From Bdellovibrionota bacterium (GTDB lineage: Bacteria > Bdellovibrionota_C > UBA2361 > OMII01): a stretch of 59,661 nt of DNA. A program made the position numbers and the translations under genes. Of the stretch, positions 1-9,412 are shown one piece after another; positions within the stretch are counted from its first letter, which is position 1; every line of letters begins with the position of its first letter. The stretch spans positions 1 through 59,661 of the forward strand of contig JBIKWQ010000010.1 in NCBI GenBank assembly GCA_044356215.1. Reading direction: 5' to 3'. Below the pieces are notes generated by a model. The model was not told the origin of the DNA. It saw only the letters and a list, made by a program, of their open reading frames with translations, and did not search any database.

Positions 1-53
1 TGAATTTTTCGGAGCGCAACCCTGGCACCGTCAGGGTGAGCACCGAAAATTCA
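1..53. repeat. Long imperfect palindrome/hairpin, possibly a REP/MITE-like element truncated by the window edge
   Basis: TGAATTTTTCGG (1-12) pairs with CCGAAAATTCA (43-53); inner ACCCTGGC pairs with GTCAGGGT. Confidence 0.45.
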
Positions 54-136
54 AAAGCCAAAGTGATTTTGAGCAGATGCGCCGTTTTCAGACCCGCAAC
101 TGCTCTTTTTAGGTTGAAAAATACCCGCTAAGCACT

Positions 137-3100
137 GTGAACCACAAAACCACCGGCGACACTATCGTTTCACTAAATTTACCCCCTGGGGATCTCCCGG
201 GCGGAGCGCCGTCGTCCGGTTTGACCCCAATTAGGCGCTTCTCCATTTTGAGTCGGTTTAAGTGGTGGATGGCCCTCCCGCTCCTCGTAATCGGCACCGC
301 TTCAATAGTAGGCCTCGGCTACGAACTTAAAACATCAAATCTGCAGTCGCGTTACCTAACCAAATTAGCTAAGGGCGCCACCTTCAGTATGGCTCCCGGC
401 TCGACCGATAAGGCATGGTTCCCAAGTTACGGCCCTTACGATGAGCGCCTCGGGTACACTCGGATACCCAAAACAGTTCAACACCTCCTGAAAAACGACT
501 TCACTGTAACTGCTCAGGCTCGCCAGTCAGAGGAGCTTCTCAAACTAACAGCCAAGGGGCTCTACCCTCCTTATGCTGAGAAAACCAAAGCTGGTCTTAC
601 GATCTTAGACCGCAACAACACAACGATCTACTCTTCCTACCGGCCCCAGGAGATGTACGAGTCCTTTGACGCCATCCCCGCCCCGGTTATTCAATCGCTT
701 CTCTACATCGAGAACCGCGAGATCCTTAATCAACGCTTCCCATACAAGAACCCCGCTGTAGAGTGGGATCGTTTCGGATTGGCGATCTTGGAGAAGGTTA
801 AGCAGATATTCGTACCTAATTTAAACGCTCCAGGTGGAAGCACTATCGCCACTCAGTTAGAGAAGTACCGCCACTCAAACGAAGGGCGCACCAGCGGGAT
901 CACCGATAAGCTGAGGCAGATGACCTCGGCCAGTCTTCGTTCTTACATGTACGGCAGGAACACCTTAGAGACCCGTAAATTAATCACGATGAATTATATA
1001 AACTCCATACCTCTCGCCGCTCTGAAGGGATATGGAGAGGTCAATGGATTAGGTGATGGATTAAGCGCCTGGTACGGGGTTGATTTTGATTCGGTAAATC
1101 AAAAGCTCCGCGCTCTATCAACGCTATCTTCTGACGCTGATATGACCCCGTTCGCTGAAGCATATAAGCAGGTGCTAAGCCTATTTATAGCTCACAGAAG
1201 GCCTAGCTTTTACTTAATTGCCGGACTGAAAGAGTTGAACGCTCTCACCAATACATATCTTGATCTTTTAGCGGCTGAGGGGATTATCTCATCTTCTCTG
1301 CGCGACGCGGCTAAACAGGTACAGCTAGAACTACGTAAAGCCGCTCCTAAATCACAATCTATCTCTTTTGTGCAACGGAAAGCCGCTAACGCGATACGCA
1401 CAAGACTCTTATCTCTGCTGAAATATCCACAACTCTACGACCTGGACCAAGTGGATCTTACGGTAAAGAGCACTATGGATAACGACGCGAATGAGCGCGT
1501 TACGGATATATTGCGCGGAATAAAAGATCAAAAGAGCGTGAAAGAGCTTGGGCTTGGTGGTTCGCGTAATCTAGCGAAGGGAGATCCGAGTAAGGTTATC
1601 TACAGCTTGACCTTATTTGAGCGGGTTGGAAACGCAAACGTATTAAGGGTTCAAACTGATAACTTCGACAATCCATTTAATGTTAATGAAGGAGCTCGCT
1701 TGGATCTCGGCTCCACAGCGAAGCTCCGCACATTAACCACCTATCTTGTAATCGTAGGTGAGGCATTTGATCGTTACTCCGGCAAAAGCAAATCTGAACT
1801 AGCCAGAGCGATCGATAATGATCTCGATCCGATCTCTGACTTTATCGCGAAAACATGTTCGCTGAATCCTGGAATAACGATCGACCAGATGTTGGAACTG
1901 GCCCTTGATAGACGCTATTCAGCCAGTCCGTATGAAAGCTTCTTTACCGGGGGTGGATTACATACATTTGAGAACTTTAGAAAAGAAGATAACGGCGGAA
2001 AGCCTACTATACGCCAAGCGATTACTCATTCGGTGAATCTACCTTTTGTGCGCCTCATGAGAGATATCTCGCGCTATTATCAGAATCGTCTGGGAATAAA
2101 GCTAGGTGGCGCTAAAAATATTGATCGGCAGAGCCCAATCAGACAGCAGTTCCTGGAGAAATTCGTCGACCAAGAGGGTAGCTATTTCACAAGGCGCTTC
2201 TATGAGAAGTATCACGGCAAGTTGCGACAAGATTTATTACCGACGTTAGTTACCAACTCTCGCGCCTCTGCGCGACACGCCGCTGTGATGTACCGATTTA
2301 TCAGGCCAGACGGCACTCGCGATGAATTCGCTAGCTTTTTAAACGAGGCGGCACCTCAATCTCAGCTACCACCTGAGACGCTTAACAAATGGTACGATGA
2401 GTTCGCGCCTGGGAAATTCGATCTTAATGACCAAGCATACCTAGCGCGGGTACATCCGCTAGAGCTCTGGCTAGTGAAACACATGCAAGACAACGGTGAC
2501 GAGGGAATTGAGAAGATCTTGGAAGCTAGCAAGGATGAGAGAAAACTAGTTTACCGGTGGCTCTTTAAAACCCCGAACGCCCGAGCGCAAGATATTCGCA
2601 TCAGGGCTCTAATTGAGAACGAATCGTTTAATGAGATTCATAAACAGTGGCGCCAGATGGGATATCCATTTAACTCGATGGTTCCATCACTCGCCTCGGC
2701 TCTAGGGAGCTCCGGAGACCGCCCGATCGCTTTAGCGGAGTTAGTGGGGATTATTCTAAACGACGGAGTACGTTATCCATCAGTGCGATTAGATCAATTA
2801 CATTTCGCCGGAGAGACACCGTATGAAGTTATCTTAAGACGCGCCGAGAATGAATCTGGCGAGCAGGTGCTCAAGCCTGAAGTAGCGCGGGCTCTAAAGG
2901 GAGCTATGAGCTTGGTTGTATCCCAGGGAACCGCGAGAAGGGTGCACCAAGCGTATAGACGTCCATCAGATGGTCAGCCCTATGTGATTGGTGGCAAAAC
3001 GGGTACAGGCGACCACCGTCACGAGACTTATGGCCCAGGGGGTCAGGTGCTCTCATCAAAAGTAGTTAACCGGACAGCGACTTTTGCCTTTTATCTAGGA

Positions 3101-3403
3101 GATCGTTTCTTTGGGGTGATCTCAGCTCACGTTCCCGGTCCTGAGGCCGCCAATTTTGACTTTACCAGCGCCCTAGCGGCGGAGCTGCTAAAGATTCTGG
3201 CGCCATCGCTTGAGCCGATGATAGAGCGCTCCGGAGCGGCCCTATCACCTTTCCCGGCTAAGCCAGATATCAAGGGCTCTAAAACGGCTTCTATAGCCCC
3301 ACCAGAACACCCCAACGCAGCTACAGGCCTGATAAGCAGCCCCACCTCCCTGGCCGCTCCAAGGAGCAGCAGAAGGGCTATGGTTCTGGCACCTCCTGAG
3401 TAG
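137..3403 (+). CDS. Class A penicillin-binding protein (GT51 transglycosylase + transpeptidase) with large insertions
   Basis: N-terminal TM; GT51 motif GGSTIATQL; transpeptidase motifs STAK (SxxK), SVN and KTGTG. Confidence 0.85.
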   Translation: MNHKTTGDTIVSLNLPPGDLPGGAPSSGLTPIRRFSILSRFKWWMALPLLVIGTASIVGLGYELKTSNLQSRYLTKLAKGATFSMAPGSTDKAWFPSYGPYDERLGYTRIPKTVQHLLKNDFTVTAQARQSEELLKLTAKGLYPPYAEKTKAGLTILDRNNTTIYSSYRPQEMYESFDAIPAPVIQSLLYIENREILNQRFPYKNPAVEWDRFGLAILEKVKQIFVPNLNAPGGSTIATQLEKYRHSNEGRTSGITDKLRQMTSASLRSYMYGRNTLETRKLITMNYINSIPLAALKGYGEVNGLGDGLSAWYGVDFDSVNQKLRALSTLSSDADMTPFAEAYKQVLSLFIAHRRPSFYLIAGLKELNALTNTYLDLLAAEGIISSSLRDAAKQVQLELRKAAPKSQSISFVQRKAANAIRTRLLSLLKYPQLYDLDQVDLTVKSTMDNDANERVTDILRGIKDQKSVKELGLGGSRNLAKGDPSKVIYSLTLFERVGNANVLRVQTDNFDNPFNVNEGARLDLGSTAKLRTLTTYLVIVGEAFDRYSGKSKSELARAIDNDLDPISDFIAKTCSLNPGITIDQMLELALDRRYSASPYESFFTGGGLHTFENFRKEDNGGKPTIRQAITHSVNLPFVRLMRDISRYYQNRLGIKLGGAKNIDRQSPIRQQFLEKFVDQEGSYFTRRFYEKYHGKLRQDLLPTLVTNSRASARHAAVMYRFIRPDGTRDEFASFLNEAAPQSQLPPETLNKWYDEFAPGKFDLNDQAYLARVHPLELWLVKHMQDNGDEGIEKILEASKDERKLVYRWLFKTPNARAQDIRIRALIENESFNEIHKQWRQMGYPFNSMVPSLASALGSSGDRPIALAELVGIILNDGVRYPSVRLDQLHFAGETPYEVILRRAENESGEQVLKPEVARALKGAMSLVVSQGTARRVHQAYRRPSDGQPYVIGGKTGTGDHRHETYGPGGQVLSSKVVNRTATFAFYLGDRFFGVISAHVPGPEAANFDFTSALAAELLKILAPSLEPMIERSGAALSPFPAKPDIKGSKTASIAPPEHPNAATGLISSPTSLAAPRSSRRAMVLAPPE

Positions 3404-3466
3404 ATATAGTAACCGATATTGTAATTAATGGCCCCCCGTGGTAACTATCCGGGGTCAAAAATTCAT

Positions 3467-3539
<73 letters not shown>

Positions 3540-3657
3540 CACATCACTCGCTCCATTCCCTCCTCCATAAACTTAAATTTCCAACGCAACTTCCTGACCT
3601 CGTGTCACGATTTTAAGATTCGTTTCATTAATAAATTTATTAAGGAGAATCTTAACC

Positions 3658-4431
3658 ATGATCTCAGCAATCGATCCCGCCACTTTAGGCAGCACACTGA
3701 TAAATCAGGGAGACACAACGTCAATCAGCTCAGGTACCAGTGGCTATGTTACATCATTAGCTAGCGAAGCCACATTTTTAGCTCAAACCGCCTCGGCAGC
3801 GACAAGCTCATCGTCAACGCTTAACGAGACGCTAAATAAGTTGGTAACAACTCTGCAAAATCTGGTCTCATCGCTGGGCAAATTGTTTACCGTGACAAAC
3901 GTAGGCTCTGGAAGCACGACCACAAAGCCCTCCTCTGGGGATCCCTTTAGCTTTCTGAGACCCGTTGATGAGGAGCCAGTGACCATAATTCCGGCTACGC
4001 CACGGGAGGTAAAGGGCGGCGTAAGCACCATAGGAGATCTACCGTATGAGGATGATACCACACCGATTAAAGATGAGACTAAAACACCTCCTAAAACCAA
4101 TAGCAAAGCTCAAACAATCGGCACTGCCCTAAAGAAAAGCAATGGCGAATTCCTGTGGAAACCACAGTCTGAGAAAGATGGAAAACTAGCTATCGTGTTG
4201 CCAAAGGCTCTGACGGGTAAGGTAAAGAGCGTAAAGATATTATCGGCTGATAAAACTAAGACTCTCGCTACCGGTAAATTCTCTGGAGTTGGCAACGGCG
4301 ACCGTGAACACTTCCGCTTCAGCAAAGCTGGAGGGAGTTATCCAGATGGCGCGGTTGTAGTGATAACTCTAGAGGATGGATCTAAACGTAATGTCGTAAT
4401 AAAAGACTCGGCGGCTAGGTATACTCGGTAG
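3658..4431 (+). CDS. Hypothetical protein: Ser/Thr-rich N-terminus and a compact C-terminal domain (FLWKPQSEKDGKL...GNGDREHFRF)
   Basis: 257-aa ORF with AAGGAG SD; no signal peptide. Confidence 0.75.
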   Translation: MISAIDPATLGSTLINQGDTTSISSGTSGYVTSLASEATFLAQTASAATSSSSTLNETLNKLVTTLQNLVSSLGKLFTVTNVGSGSTTTKPSSGDPFSFLRPVDEEPVTIIPATPREVKGGVSTIGDLPYEDDTTPIKDETKTPPKTNSKAQTIGTALKKSNGEFLWKPQSEKDGKLAIVLPKALTGKVKSVKILSADKTKTLATGKFSGVGNGDREHFRFSKAGGSYPDGAVVVITLEDGSKRNVVIKDSAARYTR

Positions 4432-4443
4432 TGGTTGGGGGAT

Positions 4444-4468
4444 GGGGCGCGCCAGAGGCGCGCGCCCC
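4444..4468. terminator. GC-rich hairpin between convergent genes
   Basis: GGGGCGCGCC-AGA-GGCGCGCGCCCC. Confidence 0.5.
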
Positions 4469-4492
4469 TAGGTCAGGAATAACTATTAGTCC

Positions 4493-4846
4493 CTACGTAT
4501 CTAATAGCGCAAGAATCTTACCTCTTACTTCGTCCATTACTCGCTGTGGCGCTTTGATTGAAAACGAAGCGTTACGCTCTCTCCAGTCAAGACTCTTAAC
4601 TTGATCTGACAAAATTACTCCAGTTACAGAGAGTTGTTCTCCTAAGCGCACCTCAAATGGGTATCCCTTCTCTTGGTTGGTAATCGGACATATAATCGCG
4701 AGTCCTACTTTTCCATTATAAGACTTGGGGGAAAGTACAAGTGCGGGCCTCTTCCCCTTTTGCTCTCGCCCTTTTTGAGGATCGAACTCTAAATAAATAA
4801 TATCTCCACGATCGGGAACATATGCGGCTTTTACTCTTGCTACCAT
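4493..4846 (-). CDS. mazF: MazF/PemK endoribonuclease toxin
   Basis: YVPDRGDII..FDPQKGREQKGKRPALVLSP..ILSDQVKSLDWRER closely resembles MazF. Confidence 0.93.
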   Translation of the reverse strand: MVARVKAAYVPDRGDIIYLEFDPQKGREQKGKRPALVLSPKSYNGKVGLAIICPITNQEKGYPFEVRLGEQLSVTGVILSDQVKSLDWRERNASFSIKAPQRVMDEVRGKILALLDT

Positions 4847-5073
4847 GCTTCCTTGCCTTTTGATGGCCCCACTTTAACTTCGGAATGAATGTTATCTGGT
4901 GTTATTTTCTTCAGCATCTCATCAAGAGAGTACTGAATTGGCCGAATAATAATTGAGTCTCCCACAATATCCATCGCTAAAGTCATCCCTTCTTCGAGAC
5001 CTATTTGCTTTACAAAAGCTTGTGGTATTCGAACACCGAAGCTGTTTCCCCACTTTGAAATAGTCGTTTCCAT
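4840..5073 (-). CDS. mazE: MazE (AbrB-fold) antitoxin
   Basis: ISKWGNSFGVRIP N-terminus and ITPDNIHSEV..GKEAW C-terminus; overlaps mazF. Confidence 0.92.
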   Translation of the reverse strand: METTISKWGNSFGVRIPQAFVKQIGLEEGMTLAMDIVGDSIIIRPIQYSLDEMLKKITPDNIHSEVKVGPSKGKEAW

Positions 5074-5097
5074 TGGTAAATCACCTCATCGCTAGTC

Positions 5098-5116
5098 TGT
5101 ATATACATTGTATACA
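5098..5116. promoter_or_regulatory. Putative mazEF autoregulatory operator (overlapping palindromes)
   Basis: TGTATATACA (5098-5107), TATACA-T-TGTATA (5102-5114) and TGTATACA (5109-5116), about 25 bp upstream of mazE. Confidence 0.7.
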
Positions 5117-5256
5117 CTCATACTGGCGCACGCAAGCATTTTTACTGATAGTTATTTCATAAGAATTATCAGACAGTTGCCCTGTTATCGTTGAATAAGG
5201 TAAAGATAAGTTTGCCGCCAAAAATCTTTACCACAGAGAGATAGAATTAAATTTAC

Positions 5257-5889
5257 TCACTTCTCTAATTCCCCAGCCCCAACGTCCCACTCAATCACCT
5301 TCCACCCATCACCGGCTTCATATTTCAATATACACAGGTGCCCAGTCCTAACCTTTTTTGGCCCGTGGCCTAGAACTCTTGAAAACTCTCGCAAACGGCC
5401 GTTGCTGGTAACTAACAAAGCGCACCCACCTAGTCCTGCTTGCTCTTCTAAGACATCACGCGCCTCGCTCTCTAAATCATCGGCGCTGGGCGAGAAAGTC
5501 ACACCAACTGGCCTAATCCCCTGCTCCTGCCAAAGTTTAAAACTCTCCTCTCCCCAGCGGGCTTTTATCTCTGGATCTGATAGCCCCTCCCACTCGCCAT
5601 AATCAAGCTCTCGCAATCTATTGTCGATCCGCGCCGAACTCTGCTCGGATTTGGAATCACTAGAAAGCTTAGTCCGAATTATCTCTGCGAATTCCACTGT
5701 GCGCTTTAGCGGCCCCGCGATAATCCGCTCAGGAATAAGGTTCGCATGGTTTAAGGCATCTCCCAGCGACTCCGCCTGCTCGCGCCCCTCTTTAGTTAAT
5801 TCCATGTCGTTCCGCGAGCCGACCATAAAAACCTTTTCGCCCTTATTGAAGGTGTTGCCGTGGCGACAAAGTAACAGAATGCCACTCAT
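5257..5889 (-). CDS. Histidine phosphatase (phosphoglycerate mutase superfamily)
   Basis: LCRHGNT and LRELDYGEWEG motifs; 4-nt overlap with kdsB. Confidence 0.88.
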   Translation of the reverse strand: MSGILLLCRHGNTFNKGEKVFMVGSRNDMELTKEGREQAESLGDALNHANLIPERIIAGPLKRTVEFAEIIRTKLSSDSKSEQSSARIDNRLRELDYGEWEGLSDPEIKARWGEESFKLWQEQGIRPVGVTFSPSADDLESEARDVLEEQAGLGGCALLVTSNGRLREFSRVLGHGPKKVRTGHLCILKYEAGDGWKVIEWDVGAGELEK

Positions 5890-6671
5890 ATCAGCTCGCC
5901 CTCACTCTTTATGATCTGCTCGACTCGCTCAACATCTTGAGGATTGTCGATCGACCAAACTGTTCGACCCTGAAGAGATACCTCAACAACTCTTATAGGC
6001 ATTCCGTTTTCAAGCGCCCTTAACTGCTCAAGCTGCTCGACTGATTCCAGGGGGCTCTGCGGCAGGGATACGTAATTACCTAGCGCCTCATAGGTGTAAG
6101 CATATACCCCTATATGTTGAAATATTGGGCTCTCAGATGTGCTCGGCCACTCTCTCACAAAAGGTATCACGCCTTTAGAAAAATAGAGCGCATTGTGATT
6201 AAGATCAAATGCTACCGTTGTACCGGATACTATTCCTTGAGCTTTCATCGCGAGCATCGCGTCGTACTGGACTCTGTTAAGTCTGGTAGCGGGCGTAGCG
6301 ATCCGCACTGCCGCGTCCCTCTTCATCTCTTTAATAAGCGCCTCTATAATCCACGGTGGCATCAGTACGGCGTCACCCTGCAAATTAACAATTATCGCTG
6401 GGGGATCTTTTAAGCTCTGAACCGCCTCCCAGACCCGCTCCGAGCCGTTTTTACAGGAACTTGATGTCATAACAACATCGCCACCAAAAGCAGCTACATG
6501 CGCGGCGATCTCTTCGCTATCTGTGGCGACATAAACCGACGAGACTCCCGGCACCGCTCGAGCTAGGTGCCACACTCGCGATATTAAGCTCTGCCCAGCT
6601 ACCTTCGCCAAAGGCTTTGCCGGAAAACGCGACGATGAATATCGGGCTGGAATAACAACTACTGTATCCAT
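5886..6671 (-). CDS. kdsB: 3-deoxy-manno-octulosonate cytidylyltransferase (CMP-Kdo synthetase)
   Basis: IPARYSSSRFPAKPL, VNLQGD, QHIGVYAY, LEQLRALENG. Confidence 0.93.
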   Translation of the reverse strand: MDTVVVIPARYSSSRFPAKPLAKVAGQSLISRVWHLARAVPGVSSVYVATDSEEIAAHVAAFGGDVVMTSSSCKNGSERVWEAVQSLKDPPAIIVNLQGDAVLMPPWIIEALIKEMKRDAAVRIATPATRLNRVQYDAMLAMKAQGIVSGTTVAFDLNHNALYFSKGVIPFVREWPSTSESPIFQHIGVYAYTYEALGNYVSLPQSPLESVEQLEQLRALENGMPIRVVEVSLQGRTVWSIDNPQDVERVEQIIKSEGELI

Positions 6672-6759
6672 AAGCTTCCTTTAAACATGGCTTTATCCCC
6701 ACTGTTTTAGTGGTTGCATTTACACTATCCTAGAAGACACGGACAGAGAAGTAAGAGAG

Positions 6760-7596
6760 ATGGTGGAGAAGAAGATCAAAGTATCGTTTCAGGGAACACC
6801 AGGCTCCTTTAGTAGCATGGCGGCGCGGGCGATCTACGGAGACCGCTTTGATAGGTTTAGCACAACCAGATTTCGCGACATATTCGAGTTGGTTAAGAGC
6901 CAGCAAGTGGACTTCGGAATAGTCCCCATAGAGAACGCGTTAGCCGGCTCGGTACATGAGAATTATGATCTATTATCTGAGTACAACTGCTCAATCGTCG
7001 CTGAGACATACATCCCGGTTCAACTACACCTGCTCGCTGCAGACGCTGGGACAGAGATAACAAAGGTCTTCTCACACCCGAAAGCCCTTGAACAGTGCTC
7101 AGATTTTCTCGAGAAAAATCCCCGGATTGAGACAGTTATCTGGTCAGATACAGCCGGTGCGGCGGAATACGTCGCTAGGCTAAACCAACCAGGACTGGCG
7201 GCTTTAGCTAGTGAGGAGGCCGCTTCACTAAATGGCCTAAAAATTATAGAGCGCGGGGCGCAAAATCATCCAAAGAATGCTACTCGTTTTGTGTCTATCG
7301 CTCAGGAGCCCGCTGAGATTTTAAATCCAACTAAGTGCTCACTAATAGTATCTCTAGCGCACAGGCCCGGGAGTTTAAACGCGATGCTTGGGGAGATCGC
7401 TAGATTAGATCTCAATCTAACTAAGATTGAATCACGCCCCATCTTGGGCTCTCCGTTTTCTTATCTATTTTTCGTGGATATAGAAGGTACCGAAAGCCAA
7501 TCAAGCTTAATCAAGCAACTTTCAGAACGAATCACGCGCAACTCAGAAACCCTTAAAATTCTCGGTTTGTATCATAGCTCTCCGCGAGATTTATGA
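6760..7596 (+). CDS. pheA: Prephenate dehydratase (monofunctional, with ACT domain)
   Basis: FQGTPGSFS, VPIENALAGSV, NATRF, LTKIESRP. Confidence 0.9.
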   Translation: MVEKKIKVSFQGTPGSFSSMAARAIYGDRFDRFSTTRFRDIFELVKSQQVDFGIVPIENALAGSVHENYDLLSEYNCSIVAETYIPVQLHLLAADAGTEITKVFSHPKALEQCSDFLEKNPRIETVIWSDTAGAAEYVARLNQPGLAALASEEAASLNGLKIIERGAQNHPKNATRFVSIAQEPAEILNPTKCSLIVSLAHRPGSLNAMLGEIARLDLNLTKIESRPILGSPFSYLFFVDIEGTESQSSLIKQLSERITRNSETLKILGLYHSSPRDL

Positions 7597-7730
7597 TTAA
7601 TGCGACTATTCACCCAAAAAGTTACCCCTCGACTAGGGTGTGATGAGAAAGAAAGAGTGCCTCGATCAGCTTATTTAGCTATGCAATTGCTGCGACGATC
7701 TTTAAATTTATTGGGTATTTATTAATAAAC

Positions 7731-7774
7731 AAAGCCGACTATTGGTAATAAATAGTTACCAAATAGTCGGCTTT
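7731..7774. terminator. Probable intrinsic terminator downstream of rpsI (possibly bidirectional)
   Basis: AAAGCCGACTATT...AATAGTCGGCTTT inverted repeat between convergent pheA and rpsI. Confidence 0.75.
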
Positions 7775-7818
7775 AATCTAAGAGAATCTCTGTACAGCCC
7801 CGCACGGAGCCCAATCGA

Positions 7819-8220
7819 TTAACGCTTAGAGAACTGTGGACGTTTACGAGCTTTGTGGCGGCCGTACTTCTTACGCTCAACTTCACGCGAATCACGTGTT
7901 AGCGCGCCGATCGCCTTAACTGCTGGACGTAGAGCTCCATCGACCTGGCAGAGAACTCGGCCTAGAGCCATCTTAAGAGCTCCTGCCTGGCCGCTCTTTC
8001 CGCCGCCTGTAACGTTAGCAAGGATATCGTACTTCTCACCAAGACCTGTCGCTGTGAGCGGGCTCTTAAGAATAAGCTCGAGGCTTACGCGGCCAAAATA
8101 CTCACCCGTTCCCTGTCCGTTGACTGAGAACTTACCTGTGCCTGGACGGAGATAAACTCTGGCGACTGCCGCCTTTCTACGTCCTACCGCGTGAAAACCA
8201 CCACCCTTAATCATGACCAT
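7819..8220 (-). CDS. rpsI: 30S ribosomal protein S9
   Basis: GRRKAAVARV, GGGKSGQAGA, ERKKYG..KARKRPQFSKR. Confidence 0.98.
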   Translation of the reverse strand: MVMIKGGGFHAVGRRKAAVARVYLRPGTGKFSVNGQGTGEYFGRVSLELILKSPLTATGLGEKYDILANVTGGGKSGQAGALKMALGRVLCQVDGALRPAVKAIGALTRDSREVERKKYGRHKARKRPQFSKR

Positions 8221-8235
8221 TAACTCCTGCTACTA

Positions 8236-8691
8236 CTAATTCTTCTTCTTGTTATTCGTTACAACGCGCGGAGCTGGACACTGCGCTGTGTGCGGGTGCT
8301 CGCTTCCACGATAAACCTTTAACTTTCCGTTGAGACGGTGTCCTAGGACTCCCTCTGGCAACATTCCCAAAACAGCTCTCTCGATAGCGCGCTCTGGGTG
8401 ATCAGCCAACATCTCAGCTCCTGAGACCTCCTTGATACCACCGATGTAGCCAGTCACGTGGTAATACATCTTGGTGCTTGGCTTGTTTCCGGTAAGAACA
8501 ACCTTGTCGGCGTTTACAACAACTACGAAATCACCACAGTCACAATTCGGAGTAAAGGTTGGCTTGTACTTACCACGAATCAGATTAGCTGCCTCAGTTG
8601 CCAAACGACCAACAGGCACGCCTGTCGCGTCGATAACCCACCACTTCGCGCCTTCTCGGCCTGCTTCTGTTGAAAGAAATTCGGTGCTCAT
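8236..8691 (-). CDS. rplM: 50S ribosomal protein L13
   Basis: [36 protein letters not shown]. Confidence 0.98.
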   Translation of the reverse strand: MSTEFLSTEAGREGAKWWVIDATGVPVGRLATEAANLIRGKYKPTFTPNCDCGDFVVVVNADKVVLTGNKPSTKMYYHVTGYIGGIKEVSGAEMLADHPERAIERAVLGMLPEGVLGHRLNGKLKVYRGSEHPHTAQCPAPRVVTNNKKKN

Positions 8692-8730
8692 AACTACTTA
8701 CGCCTAAACTCTAATAATCACGGGGCAAAG

Positions 8731-8758
8731 AGGGTATCATAACTGCCAACTTGGTCAA
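8731..8758 (-). promoter_or_regulatory. Possible sigma70 promoter of rplM-rpsI
   Basis: Minus strand TTGACC-16 nt-TACCCT with a TGn extension. Confidence 0.4.
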
Positions 8759-8852
8759 GATCTGGGTATTATATCGCGGCAAGACACTACAGAATGAACA
8801 CAAGGGGCTGATATGACTGAACAATAAAATAGCTGCGCACGAACCAGTGACC

Positions 8853-9365
8853 TTAAGTGACCGCTGGGGTTCCCTTTGCAAGAGCCAACACACCCTCCGC
8901 AAACTCAATATATTGCTCTACTGGCACTGAAAGCTGCATCGCCACAGCTATCGCCTCAGACGCTAACACCCTCGCTGTTTCGCAGATGTCGGCGATCCTA
9001 TCCCTCTTCTCTTCCCCCTCAAAGACGTTCTGCGCGTCGAAAATCAAACTCCTTCCCGCTTCTGCTCGGGTCCAGAGATCAACAAGAAGATCACGGATCC
9101 CGGAATTATCGCTAGAAACTCCTCCGAGTAGTTTAATCGCGACAGTCGAACTGATTGATGTCGCCTCAAATAGATCTAGCAACCCGCTAAGCATCGCGTC
9201 TTTGCTTGCGATAAATTCGGCGGATTGATCTCTGTTTTTTTGCTTCAAAACAGTTACGGCTTGATTCAAAGGGAACCGAGAGGCTGAAGAATTTCCCGTC
9301 ACCTCTTTTAAAACATCCGCGTTCATACGATCACGATCATCTCTATTCATCTTCATAACTTTCAC
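8853..9365 (-). CDS. Hypothetical alpha-helical protein
   Basis: 170-aa ORF co-oriented with its neighbours; no recognised motif. Confidence 0.6.
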   Translation of the reverse strand: MKVMKMNRDDRDRMNADVLKEVTGNSSASRFPLNQAVTVLKQKNRDQSAEFIASKDAMLSGLLDLFEATSISSTVAIKLLGGVSSDNSGIRDLLVDLWTRAEAGRSLIFDAQNVFEGEEKRDRIADICETARVLASEAIAVAMQLSVPVEQYIEFAEGVLALAKGTPAVT

Positions 9366-9412
9366 TCTTAGTAACTCACCTGCTCACGTCAAGATCCACA
9401 AACTGCCTGCTA

